A DNA stretch of 49,537 nucleotides, filler included, from Sphacelaria rigidula (Eukaryota), in the NCBI GenBank assembly GCA_964200075.2. It is 3 parts of 3 records of this genome, joined end to end, with 100 filler letters (N's around TTAATTAATTAA, not from the genome) between each part and the next. Parts side by side here need not be neighbours in the genome. Positions count along the whole stretch, not along the records: positions 1 to 16,448 come from CAXNAA020001354.1; positions 16,549 to 32,994 come from CAXNAA020001355.1; 1 more part is not named here. One strand, written 5' to 3'. The position numbers and the translations under genes were made by a program. Shown in pieces: positions 12,250-23,400 of the stretch (position 1 is the stretch's first letter; every line of letters begins with the position of its first letter). The notes under the pieces were generated by a model. It made no database searches and was not told where the DNA came from. It was given only the letters and a program-made list of their open reading frames with translations.

Positions 12250-13800
12250 TAGAACCATTCATCCAGCGAGACAACAAATCTCCCGAACAATTGCGATCTC
12301 CAGGAATGTGTTCAGTGGCATGCTGATATTGGACGAGCACTCCTTTCCAATTTTTAAGCCGTTGCGCTATGGCCTTCGTCACCTATGGGACACACTCTTC
12401 GGGGTTAAAAAATGATTTCAGATTGCAGTGATCGGTGAAAATGTGAACACCATCGCAAAGCAAGTACTCTAGCCTTCGGAAGTATTAACTATCACGAAAC
12501 CTTCTTTGTCCACTGTCGCCCACTGCAACTGTGAACCCTTGAAGCTACCACTCGGAAAAGCCAGCGGTTCGTGTGACATGCTTCCGAGCGCAATGCCACA
12601 ACTAAAGTCGGCGACAGGCACCTACGTGAAAAAACTACCCCAGTGGAAATCAGAAGCATCCGGAGACAGCAGAACAACGCACCCTGGACGAGGATGATAA
12701 AGCGGCACCACTTGCGCGACCGAATAGTGCACAGCACGCCATGCCCGCACACGATCCTCCGTCCAAGCGTCCTCCGGAATGATACGATAACGCGCCACCC
12801 ACTTGGTCCGACGCGAAGCCCTTACCATAAGTTGCTCCAAAACACACACAAAGCGGCGCCACTACTTCCGCCATGCGCGGGAGCGAAGTTTGCAATCAAT
12901 TCACCGCCTGCAGAAACTGCATCAGCTCACTATCGGTTTGAGGACATCGCATATTGCTCAAACCTTGGGTGCGGACGGGATCATGCGAAACAGTATACCC
13001 TTGGGGTGAACCTTACCGCACCAAACCACTTTGCGGGCAAAACAAGTGCACAAGTGCGCGGCGACGAAGACCCAACACTCTCCAGGTGCCAAGAATTTAG
13101 TCAAGCAAAGCTAGCGATGCTTCTTCAGTTTCAGCAGAAAAACAAATATCATCCACCCACACTTTACAGTTTAGACCTCGCAAAAATGGCAGTCAGCACA
13201 CCTCGGAATCACGCCGTGGCGTTCAACACGCCGCGGGGACGAGTAGGCGTAAACAAACCGCCAGGTATGACGATCGTGAAGATCTCCTGAGCCTCCGGCG
13301 CCTGAGACATCTACCAATACCACTGGAGCAGGACCAATTAGCCGAAGCATTGGGCTCTCAGCAACTCCCCCGTTTCTTCTTGGTTTGGCATCACCCCCGG
13401 AGACTGTTTCATCTGCGCGTTTGCCGCCTGGTAGTCGCTGACCAACGAAATTTGTCCCGCTTCGGCACCGCCATCGGCGGACTCGCCCACAATGCCTGAA
13501 TGTTCCTAAACAACAAATCAAACGCCACTAAAGCTGCAATGCATGAAGCAAGCAACCCGGTCTTCACCGGATCGTAACGGCGGTGCTTGGACTTCACAGC
13601 CTTCGCCTGTGACTTGAGCTGCACCCTCATTGGCTTCACGCGCGCCGGCGAATCACGACGCAGCGCACGACGAAAGGTATCCACGCGACGAGCCAAAATA
13701 TCACGCAGACAATGTGCGCCATCGGCGCTCAGGCCCTTCTGCTCGGTCTGTTGCACGCTATCCTCTAACGCACGTTCTCTGGCACCTCTCTCCTTCACAA
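12250..13800 (-). pseudogene. Gypsy reverse transcriptase and RNase H (disrupted)
   Basis: WASPPMAVPK, WVDDI near 13150, DASDFHWGSF, FTDHCNL near 12430, EHIPGDRN...DLLSRW. Confidence 0.85.
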
Positions 13801-13965
13801 GGTTCATGAACATTTCGCGTCCCCCGATCGACCAAGCGCTCCACCGCTACGTCCGCAGAAGCCTCCTCCTCATTGGCACTCTAGAACCGTGGCACGCCTC
13901 GCAGCAAGATAGCTGGGATTTTCCACGCCGTTTTGCACCGGCACAGCACGCGGGCGTAACTTATC

Positions 13966-15640
13966 CTACGCCAGCGAATACAAATCGATCTCAAGCTCCT
14001 TCATCGTCGCCATCCCAAACAGAACCACGTTATCCTTGCCGGGCATGACAGCGAAAGTGATGGGCAGCAACTCCACAGCCCCCCACGGCGTACACACGCT
14101 CACAGCAATCGGCACCGTTTTATGAGGAACCGTCACGGGAGTACTTGTGGCGGTCTGCGCCGTTTGCGGTCCATTTTTGCACGGAAGCTGGAGCTGAGCG
14201 TCGCCAAACTGCAAAGACATTTGTTCCAGAAACCCCACACCGATCGACGTGAGCGCGGACCAAAAATCCAGAATAACGCGGACCATGAACGAGCCTACGG
14301 AACCAGGCAAGGAAAGGTCTGCGCGTAAACACTCTGCATGGCGATCGAAAGGCACCACACCTGCCGAAGCACCCCGGTCGGTACCAAGAGTCACCTGACG
14401 CCAGGGCTGCGCTGCAGCACTTGGCATCGAAAATTGAGAATCGGCGGTCCACCCAGACCACGTCGCCGAATATGCAGATGGCGCCCTCATGGCCGTCGCA
14501 GCGGTAGGAGATGCACCAGACACGGATCCTGCCTGGCCGGGGGGTTGCGAACTATCCGCCCCAGCATTCCCCACCGAAGTATTTGCACCTCCCACGTACA
14601 CTGTCCGTCCCGACACGGACGAACCAGAAGATCCAAAGTTACCACCGGATGACGAAGTCGAAGAAACAGCAGCGGAGGAACGACCATTCTCCGCCGATTG
14701 ATTGCTACCGCGGCCGCCGCGCCCGCGTCCATGGTTGGCACGGCCCCGTCCACCGTGGCGACCGCCGCGAGATCCTGATGAATCTCGCGCATTACCCTGA
14801 GCAGCGCCTTGAGCGCGAGGCTTGGGGCAGTCCTTCATAAGGTGTCTATTACCGCCGTAGTTGTAACACGCGCGAGTGGACGACGCTCGCAAAGACGGCT
14901 ACTGTTTCTGTTGCTGTTGTTGTTTGCGGCGCGCACCACCTGCACTTGCCGCAGAGTCGCGCCGGTCATGCGCCTCAATGAAATTTCAGTGGTCGGCGGC
15001 ATCAAATATCTTGTTGAACACCACTGTCGGATTCTTTTTCCAGACGTCTACATACGTGAGTACGCTTTCGACATACGCCTTAAATTCCAGAGGCGAAATC
15101 CCGTCCACTCGGCCCGGCCTGGCAACCAGCTCCTGCCCTCCGCACAGTACATGGCTTGCACCGTGAGATTCTCAGCGAAACTCTTTTCCATCGAAGAGTC
15201 TACCATCATCGCTCGATCCTTGACGGATGTGCCACCGCTTTGCTGCATTGTAAGCACTTTACGCAGGTCTGCTGCAGCCCGCGCAGTATCATGTTTGCCG
15301 CCGGTTGTAATGTACTCGGCATGCTGCTTCACAGCATCCAGCAATTCCTCGGGGTCATAGCACGACGGCCCTCGTACATGCCTTCAAAGCACCGATGAAT
15401 GTATGTAGGGACGAGTTGTTCAATGGTCACCCTGGCATGCCGCACCATCCCTTGTGCATTTGCAGGGTACAAACGCTCCTCATAGTCGAGATACGCGGCG
15501 TAGAAAACCCGTGATGCCTCCTCTGTCCACACCTCGCCGTACTTTGGCGGGTCTAGCGGCTCACCCAAACCAGCGGCGCTGCCGCCGCTCGAGCCATGTC
15601 CTCCAGGACTCAAGCACTTCACGGAGAGACTCTTGCCTGA
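13966..15640 (-). pseudogene. Gypsy gag and aspartic protease (disrupted)
   Basis: ORFs 15329-15793, 15048-15344 and 13966-14892 with a CCHC-like knuckle, RG-rich linker and protease motifs VILD..S and VLFGM. Confidence 0.8.
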
Positions 15641-15679
15641 CTTGTACACCCTCCAGCCCACGGAGCGTCCTCCACCGCT

Positions 15680-15836
15680 TATTATTATAACGGAGTGATC
15701 CTCAACAGACCACGAGCCAGACAGCAAGGGGCCACACAGTAAGGGCCATCGATCCAGGATCCCCTGCCCCCTGCCACTGCTCCAATCATGCATGCGATTA
15801 TGCTGAAACCTTACGGCTTGGTATCATTTGGCTACA
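15680..15836 (-). repeat. 5' LTR
   Basis: Direct repeat of 10428-10584. Confidence 0.9.
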
Positions 15837-16448
15837 TTACGCTCCAAAATATGCTGATAACGTCTACCAGCGGCCAGTCGTGTACTATCAACAACCGTAT
15901 TGTATCAAAAGGTTTATGTTACTGGTTCAGCGTGGTTATCGTCAGTGACTGCACGTACGCAGACTTGTTCAACGGTATAACCCCCCCACACCTCTAGACT
16001 CTTGGGTTGGCGTCGAGTGGCAACGGCGCTGTAAAACAAGCCACCAAAACCTAGACAAATGTACAAACTGTCATCAAACATATACCGGGCAACGCCATTG
16101 AAAAGGAAAACAGACCATTGGGTTGACCACCTTACATGCAAATCGAAAATACAAAAGAAATATCCAGTACAGATAGGGTAGGGTCATCACCCCCTCCATG
16201 TCGAATTCACATGGAGGTTGGGGTCTCGTGGTGAGATACCCGTAAAACCTTACCGGCTTTCAGTAGGCGATGGAATTTTGGTCAGCCATTTCCAGAATTT
16301 CCGACATTAGGTGCAAAAAGCCCCTAATGAAGGGAAGGGGTGGACAATGCATGGTATAAATACCGGGACCTACTGCATTCATGAAACAATCCCCTTACCG
16401 ATGACCGACCACATGACCTACGAGAAAGAGCACCAAGCGGTACGTAGA

Positions 16449-16548
16449 NNNNNNNNNNNNNNNNNNNNNNNNNNNNNNNNNNNNNNNNNNNNTTAATTAA
16501 TTAANNNNNNNNNNNNNNNNNNNNNNNNNNNNNNNNNNNNNNNNNNNN
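16449..16548. other. Artificial contig spacer N44-TTAATTAATTAA-N44
   Basis: Exactly 100 bp; the 12-mer gives stops in all six frames. Confidence 0.97.
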
Positions 16549-17479
16549 CTCTGGTGCGCCCACATATACCGAAAGGTGCAGACCGGCATCCAGAATAGAT
16601 GGGACGACAACACTGTGTGGAGTAGCAGTTGAGACGCAGTTGAGACGGAGGGCGCTTCTAAGGCGTGGACACAAATCGTTTGCGTTAGTGAAGCGTGAGC
16701 TAACAGTGCGCAGCTTCATGCTTTGTCTTCCATGTTTTGGTCGACTTGTACAGCACAGGTCTGGCGTTCTGTGGTGGTACCATAGCACACGAAGCACGGG
16801 TTTGCCCCTGGGCCGTTCACTAGTTGACTACTTTAGATGTTCTCTGCTTATTTTTATCCCGTCTGCTTCGTTCGTACCTCGTGTCACTACCGTTTCCCGT
16901 TTTTTTCGGCCGTAGCGTGTAGGTCGGCGGCTGGTCCGTCGAGTTGGGAAAATGAAGAAAGAAAATGGACTTGCGACTTATATTGCGACTTATATACGGT
17001 GGGACGCTTGATGCTGAACTGTCGAATGCCAAGACCCATTTGCCAGTTGCTAATTGGGTGATGATGTGCGTTTGAACATGATGCAGCACATGCTCACCAC
17101 ACATGGAGGTGATATAACGGATATATGCCAAGGTTTGTGGTTTCATTGCACGGCATCGGAAAACAAAAATAACAAACGGTAACCCGCGACCACAAAATAC
17201 AGGATACACCATGGTTTGATATTCAACCACATACGAGTTTGTCGGTCCAGACGTCAATTATTGCGCGCTCTCATCCCCACGTGCTGCCAGTCTTGGTTTC
17301 CTTCTTTCCACCCTCCGCTTCTCACGGAGAGTCTCTGCTGCTACACGCTTCAGATGAATGGTTTTCGAATCGCTCATCACTTTGGATGAGATTTTCATCA
17401 ATCTCAGCTTTGTAGCTCCTCAAAATGAGGAGTCACATTTTCAACAACTATCCACATTTTTGGAGAGAAAAAAAGCCAG

Positions 17480-20400
17480 ATACCGCAGTTTTCCTCGCCT
17501 CCAGTGGCGCTCCTGCAAGACCCCCTCACCAGCCCGGCGGGGCCCTTGGGGCTTGCGGCTACGCTGGTTAACACGCACCTGGCAGCACCACAAGTAAACA
17601 ACATGCGATCGCTGCCGAAGTGTGCGGTCGTTGTGCTCAGTCAGCGGCAAATCGGAGTGTTCCTTGTCGTGAGTTTACTCTGTCACCAACGGGACTCGCC
17701 GACGTTTGTAATCTAATGTGACGAAGAAAGTAATGTGGAGAAAAATGGTCCTTTCTGTGAGGACGGTGGCTTAAGTCGGACGCTCTGAAGTGGGGAAGAA
17801 TGTAGAGCGCGCTGTGCTTCCTTGCACCATTTTAAGCACCTTACAGTGAAACATGGCCGTTGCTCGTCTGCTCTGGGTGCATTTTATCGTGCTACAGGAT
17901 TTCAAGCGCATACTGGTCTACGGTCGAGGCGAACATGAGTACGTTGATGAAGATATGAAGAAATCCTGCGATGAGCTCAAGGTGATGAGATCCAATGAGG
18001 TCCGAGTGCATCCAGTGTGGCTCTCAGATTCCACAAGTAAAAAAGAATATGATACCCCGTAGGAATATTCCACTGTTTCGCTGTTCCAAGTTTTGACCAG
18101 GGCGTCTCTTATGCAGGTCGAAGATTGGCGTTTATGTTTGATTCCTCCACAGTGTCAAACAGTTACAAGAAGAGATATGTGAACTTTTCGTTGGCCGCTT
18201 CGCGCCCGAAATGCATGGAGCGCTTCCTCGTGCTCAACCATCGAGCAATCTCCTCGCGAGAAGACGGGGGCAAGGACGGACTCTTTTCATAACTTACATT
18301 CGCATTTTTTCAGGTGCAGCACATATCGTGGCTATCGTGCTGATTTGTTCCTTTGCTCGCAAATAGAACCAGCCCTCCGCGAATGGACACCCCGTTGTTC
18401 GATAAGCATCGGAAGTAGATATGCATTCTCTCTGTGGCAGGAGAGGGTCCAGATTTGCTGTACGACGTATTGCGATTGACTCTCCTCCCCTATCGTTGCT
18501 CACCCTCACTGTGCCTTACAGACGGCGCTGGAACTGCGCGAAAAGTGGATGTCGCTCGGGCCTTCGAGGCCATGCGAAGGGGCGAGTTGCATGCCTCCGC
18601 CGTCGCTGGTCCCGTCGCCATGTGAGCAGGCTCAACATCAATACGGGGCCCTGGGGTCCGTGTTTGCGAGTGTTGGGCGTTTGCAGCACGATCTCGTGAA
18701 ATTACCCGATTTGCAGGAGGTGTACATTTTTTTTTTCTGATTTCTGATATTTTGTCGTGTCACGTACACGAAAATGAACAATGATATTCTCAAAGGTGAT
18801 GGATATGGCAGAGCATTTTTACTCTCGTACCCTGCATTCCTGCATTCACTTAAAACGAAGCTTTATCCACCATTTCTGTGTTTTTTCTTTTATTATGTAC
18901 TCCAGGTCCTTCTCCTGGAAAGCCGGTGGAGTTTCGACGCAGGCCCGAACCAGTATATGACCCCTTTGCAGCTGATGACGTCGAGCGGACATCCCACCAT
19001 CTAGAAGTGGCCGAGGTTGGTATTGCGCATTCATTGGTACCTCTGCACCCGAGACTAACATCGACCGTGTTCGGCATGTTACTTCACCTTCGAAATGTGT
19101 CTGCCCTCTGGAAGACATGGCCTACTGCTGCATGTTCCAGCCAGCCGCGAGTCCTTGTCGTGCCTAGGTCGTTTGGGACCGTGCAATCACTACACATTAC
19201 TTGTTCATTGTTCCTCAGAGCACGTTTTTTTGTGTTGACTCGCCAGGGCATCTATTACGCGCTTGCTGACGGGGAGACGCTGGACACGCCTGGGGTGCGC
19301 CTCCCGCATGTGCAGGAGTTTTTCGCGGATCTTGTGCAGCTGAATAGCATCATCCACCATGGTGAATGGCCCATCAGCACTCGGGAGAATCCCAATAGAA
19401 ACGTTTGTGGCTCACGCTCATGCCGGGTGGTGCCGCCCTCCTCGCTCGTGTATCCATGATTTCGTGATGTTCTGTTGGTGTTGAAGCGGCCTGAATCCGG
19501 AAAGAGTTGACGAGTTGTAGGTTGTTAGTCAACATTTCGCCACTGAAGAGAGAGGAAGATACGGGTAAGGTACTCTGTGCTTTCCCGGGTTTGCGTCTCT
19601 CGAGGGTTTTCAATGTTTCATGACCCGCGTTTGAAATGCCTATCGCTTAATGAACGGTCTTGTCGACGGCAGGTCCAGTGAAGTCCCTGTGTTTCAAGCG
19701 CCTGCAGCTGTTGGAGGCACGATTTAATTTGCATGTGCTACTCAACCAAGACGCGGAATTGGCGGCGCAGAAGAGCGTGCCTCACCGGGACTTCTACAAC
19801 GTCAGGAAGGTGTGTGTATGTGCGTGTTCCCATGTCGCTGCATACCGGGTAGATTAGTCCCCTGCTAGGCAGATCTAGTTCAAGAAGCGCATCTGGAGTG
19901 CAGGACCGCGTTCATCTCCATTGTGCTCATCTGTGACCACTTTGTTGTCCGTTGTCGATGCTCGTGAAAGCACGTGAATGTACTCCCCTGACTAGCCCCA
20001 CCCTCGTTGTCTGTCTTCGTTCTTCCCGCCAACTTTCTCGACGTTGTGCTCAAGGTGGACACTCACGTACACCACTCTGCCTGCATGAATCAAAAACACC
20101 TTCTTCGATTCATCAAGCACAAGCTCAAGCGGAACCCCAACGAAGTCGTTAGCTTCAGGGATGGGCGGTTCATGACACTCAGCGAGGCAAGCAACCATCT
20201 TGCGTTGCGTTGTGTTGTGTTGTGTTGTGTTGTGTTGTGTTGTGTTGGAACAGTATCATTTGTCTCATTACTTTTAGTCACCGAGTGACTGGATCTATTA
20301 CCCCAATACGAGCTGGGCTGGCCAAGGCTCTGTGGCAACAGTCTACAGGCCGCGCGCGGCTCATTATTTCGAATTTCGGGGTGAAATTTTGACACCAGAG

Positions 20401-23400
20401 AAGCAACACTTGGGCCCACCGCGTCACTCTCTTGATTTATATTTTCTGGTTTTTACCCTACCTTGCAGCGATTAAATATTTTGGCTTATCTTTAAATCCC
20501 TCAAAGTAAGCGAGGAAGAAATACAAATATGAGCCAAAGGAGGAACAGAGTAGGCCTGAGCTTGGTTTTTCTGATTTCAAAATTTCACCCTAGAATTCGA
20601 CAAAATGAGCTATGCAACTTCGTTTTCGTGTTTTCGCACGAAGAAAATGCCCCGGTGGTCCCATGTTCAGACTGTCAGCGTCGGGATGAAGAAAACGTGG
20701 ATTCGATTCCCGTCAGACGCCTTTTTTGTTCCCTCGGAAATATTTGATTTCCATCGTCGAAAACGTGAAGACGTCAGGAGAGATGAGCTGGTTGATCCCT
20801 TGAGACCACAGACCTGTCCCGAGAAAGGGGAGGGGTTTAGAGTGTGACACGAAAAAAAAATCGTGTGCCGACGGAGTGTGACAAGAAAAAGTCGTGTGCC
20901 GATGATATACTGGATTAAGTATAGCACGTGCCGAAATATCGGGAGGGAAAAAGTGCCGGCGATCCTGCCACTTATAACAGCTATGATGGGACCATGAAAT
21001 ATCTTGGAGGTCTGCGCAGCGTGAGGTTACCCGCTGGGTCGGTGGCATCCACGTGCACGAGTCTCACACTCCCACCAGGTACGTTGTATTTTCTGCTCTA
21101 CACCACTCCCTTGGCTGCCACGCCATATTTCGGAACAATATCATTGCGGGACCTTTCTGGTGCCAAAACCGGCGCAAAATGATTACGTGAGTACAAACAA
21201 AAATGATACACTACAGAGGATAGGACGGGCGGTTTTTCCACGTACTACGACAGCTTTGATGTGATGATGAAGTTCCAACGATGATATTATTCCGAAATGA
21301 GTCGTGGCAGCCAAGGGAGTGGTGCAGAGCAGAAAGTACAACGTACCTGGTGGGAGTGTGAGACTCGTGCACGTGGATGCCACCGACCCAGCGGGTAATC
21401 TCATACTGCGCACCTCATGGGAGAGTATGAGTGGTGTAGTACAGAAAGTACAGCGCACCTCATGGGAGAGTGGGACTCGTGCATGTAGACACCGCTGACC
21501 CAGCGGATAATCTCACACTGCGCAGACGTCAAGATATTTCATCGTCCCATCGTACCCATCACACTCATAATATTGTATCCGTCACATTAGCTCGATCTCT
21601 CGAACCCGTCGTCACAGAATGCAAGGAGCATATCACCCATATCCATAATTCAAACAGCCCGCAGAGTAAGGCGAGAAACAAACATCTACACGAAGAAATA
21701 TCATACGTAGTGGAATCGCTGGCACATTTCTCACTGGCGAATATTTGGGCACGTGCGGTACTTAACCTAGTATATTACGGTACAAAACATTTTTTTTTCT
21801 TCACTCTGTCGGCACAAGATGTTTTTTCACACCCTAATCCCCCTCCCCTCCTCTGGACGAGTCCGTGGTCTCCAGGGATCAAGCCACCTCTCCTCACGTC
21901 CTCACGTTTTCGACGATGGAAATCAAATAATTTGTAAAAAACGCATCTGACGGGAATGGAACACATGTTCTCTGCACCCTGATGGTGACAGTCTGGCCAT
22001 TAGACCACAGTTTCACTCTGTACTTGACTCAGTATATTTTTGGCACACGACCTTTTCGTTTGTATGAAAACCGTCAAGTACATTAACAGCTGTTGGGGCA
22101 CACGCGTGACGATCCCCAAATCACAGGAATATGTTCATTTTGCGATGCTGTATGTCGCCGCGGTTCTTGAGATGTGTTCGGTGGAAGGGATTTCAGTTTT
22201 GAGGCCGGCCCAGCTCGTAGGCCTCATCTTTGAAGGCTGTTGTTTGGGTAGAGACTTGACTTGTCTCTTGTACGTACGTGTCCTCGGCGTGTGTGGCGCG
22301 TGTGACGTATATGGATAGCAGGTGTTCAAGTCCCTCCGCCTCACCGCCTATGACCTGAGCGTCGACACGCTGGATATGCACGCCAACAACACCTTCCACC
22401 GCTTCGACCGGTTCAATCTCAAGTACAATCCTGCGGGGCAGAGCCGCTTGAGGGAAATTTTCCTCAAAACCGACAATCTCATCGCGGGCCAGTATCTGGC
22501 GCAGGTACAACCACATCATGGATATGGTGTCTGCCTTGATGGTATGGGAACGCGCGACTGAACTAGCCCAGTTGCAAGGCCGTGTTTTTGCAACCAGAAA
22601 ACCCTTCGTTCGCAACTCTCAACATTGCTAATGCCATATGCGCAGAAATGTGGTGCATAAGTTTCACCACTGGTGAATCATGCTGCTAATGACCCTTGAC
22701 TTCAGGTGACGCACGAAGTGATAAGTGATCTCGAGGCGAGCAAGTACCAGATGGTTGAGTGGAGGTAAGCCGCAACCTCTACCGTGCTTCTACATAAGAT
22801 ATTGCGCCTAAGACGAGAGGCGTAATCGAACACCACGCACTCACTCATGCCTCGCTGTGGCGCTTGTTGGGACAGTGTGGCGCAATCACCACATCCGCCA
22901 CAGCGTAAACCTCGTGCGGTTCAAGTGTCGCGATGCCCAAGACTACGGTCGAACCTTGTTTCTGTACGCTTTCATGCAGGCTAAGCATCTACGGTCGGCG
23001 GCTGAGCGAATGGGACAAGCTCTCGAGATGGTTTTTCACGAATCGCTTGGCGCACCGAAACGTTCGATGGATGATACAAATCCCCAGGCTGTATCACATC
23101 TACAAGAAGATCGGCGAGGTGAAGTTACAGAATACCCACGTTTGCTGTGCCAGCACGGTTGCGAACAGACACTCACTCCGATGTGTTTCCGTTAATCCTT
23201 TGGGAACCCAGTGCTGATTTTTGTTGTTGTGAATCGGCACCATTTTCCCTCATTTCAAGTTGAAATGATGCCGATTCACGAAAAAAAAACAGCACTGGGT
23301 TCCCAAAGGTTAATCTCCGCGACAATGTCTTGACTGGATTAACAACCCTGAACAGACACCTATCGTCAGTAGGGTCCTCCAGGAAGCGGAGGTCTTTCCT

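Larger units (their letters stand above)
10428..15836 (-). mobile_element. Full-length, decayed Ty3/Gypsy LTR retrotransposon with an integrase-linked chromodomain
   Basis: Two 157-bp LTRs, outer ends TG...CA. Minus-strand order: gag (zinc knuckle CYNYGGNRHLMKDC), protease (VILDxxS), RT (PPMAVPK, WVDD), RNase H (DASDFHWG), integrase (HMRSAGHRG, GPWRV), chromodomain (VLVDWVGFGAEERTWES). Many stops and frameshifts. Confidence 0.93.

Noticed and set aside
12643-15360. Long plus-strand ORFs (215, 153, 183 aa)
   Set aside because: Antisense shadows of the GC-rich Gypsy gag-pol.
16493-16504. TTAATTAATTAA as a biological motif
   Set aside because: Scaffolding linker centred within N runs.
17358-17597. 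ORF MVFESLITLDE... as the AMPD N-terminus
   Set aside because: Wrong frame for the donor at 17593; the true start is unresolved (ATG 17358 followed by a weak GTTTTC donor is possible but unsupported).
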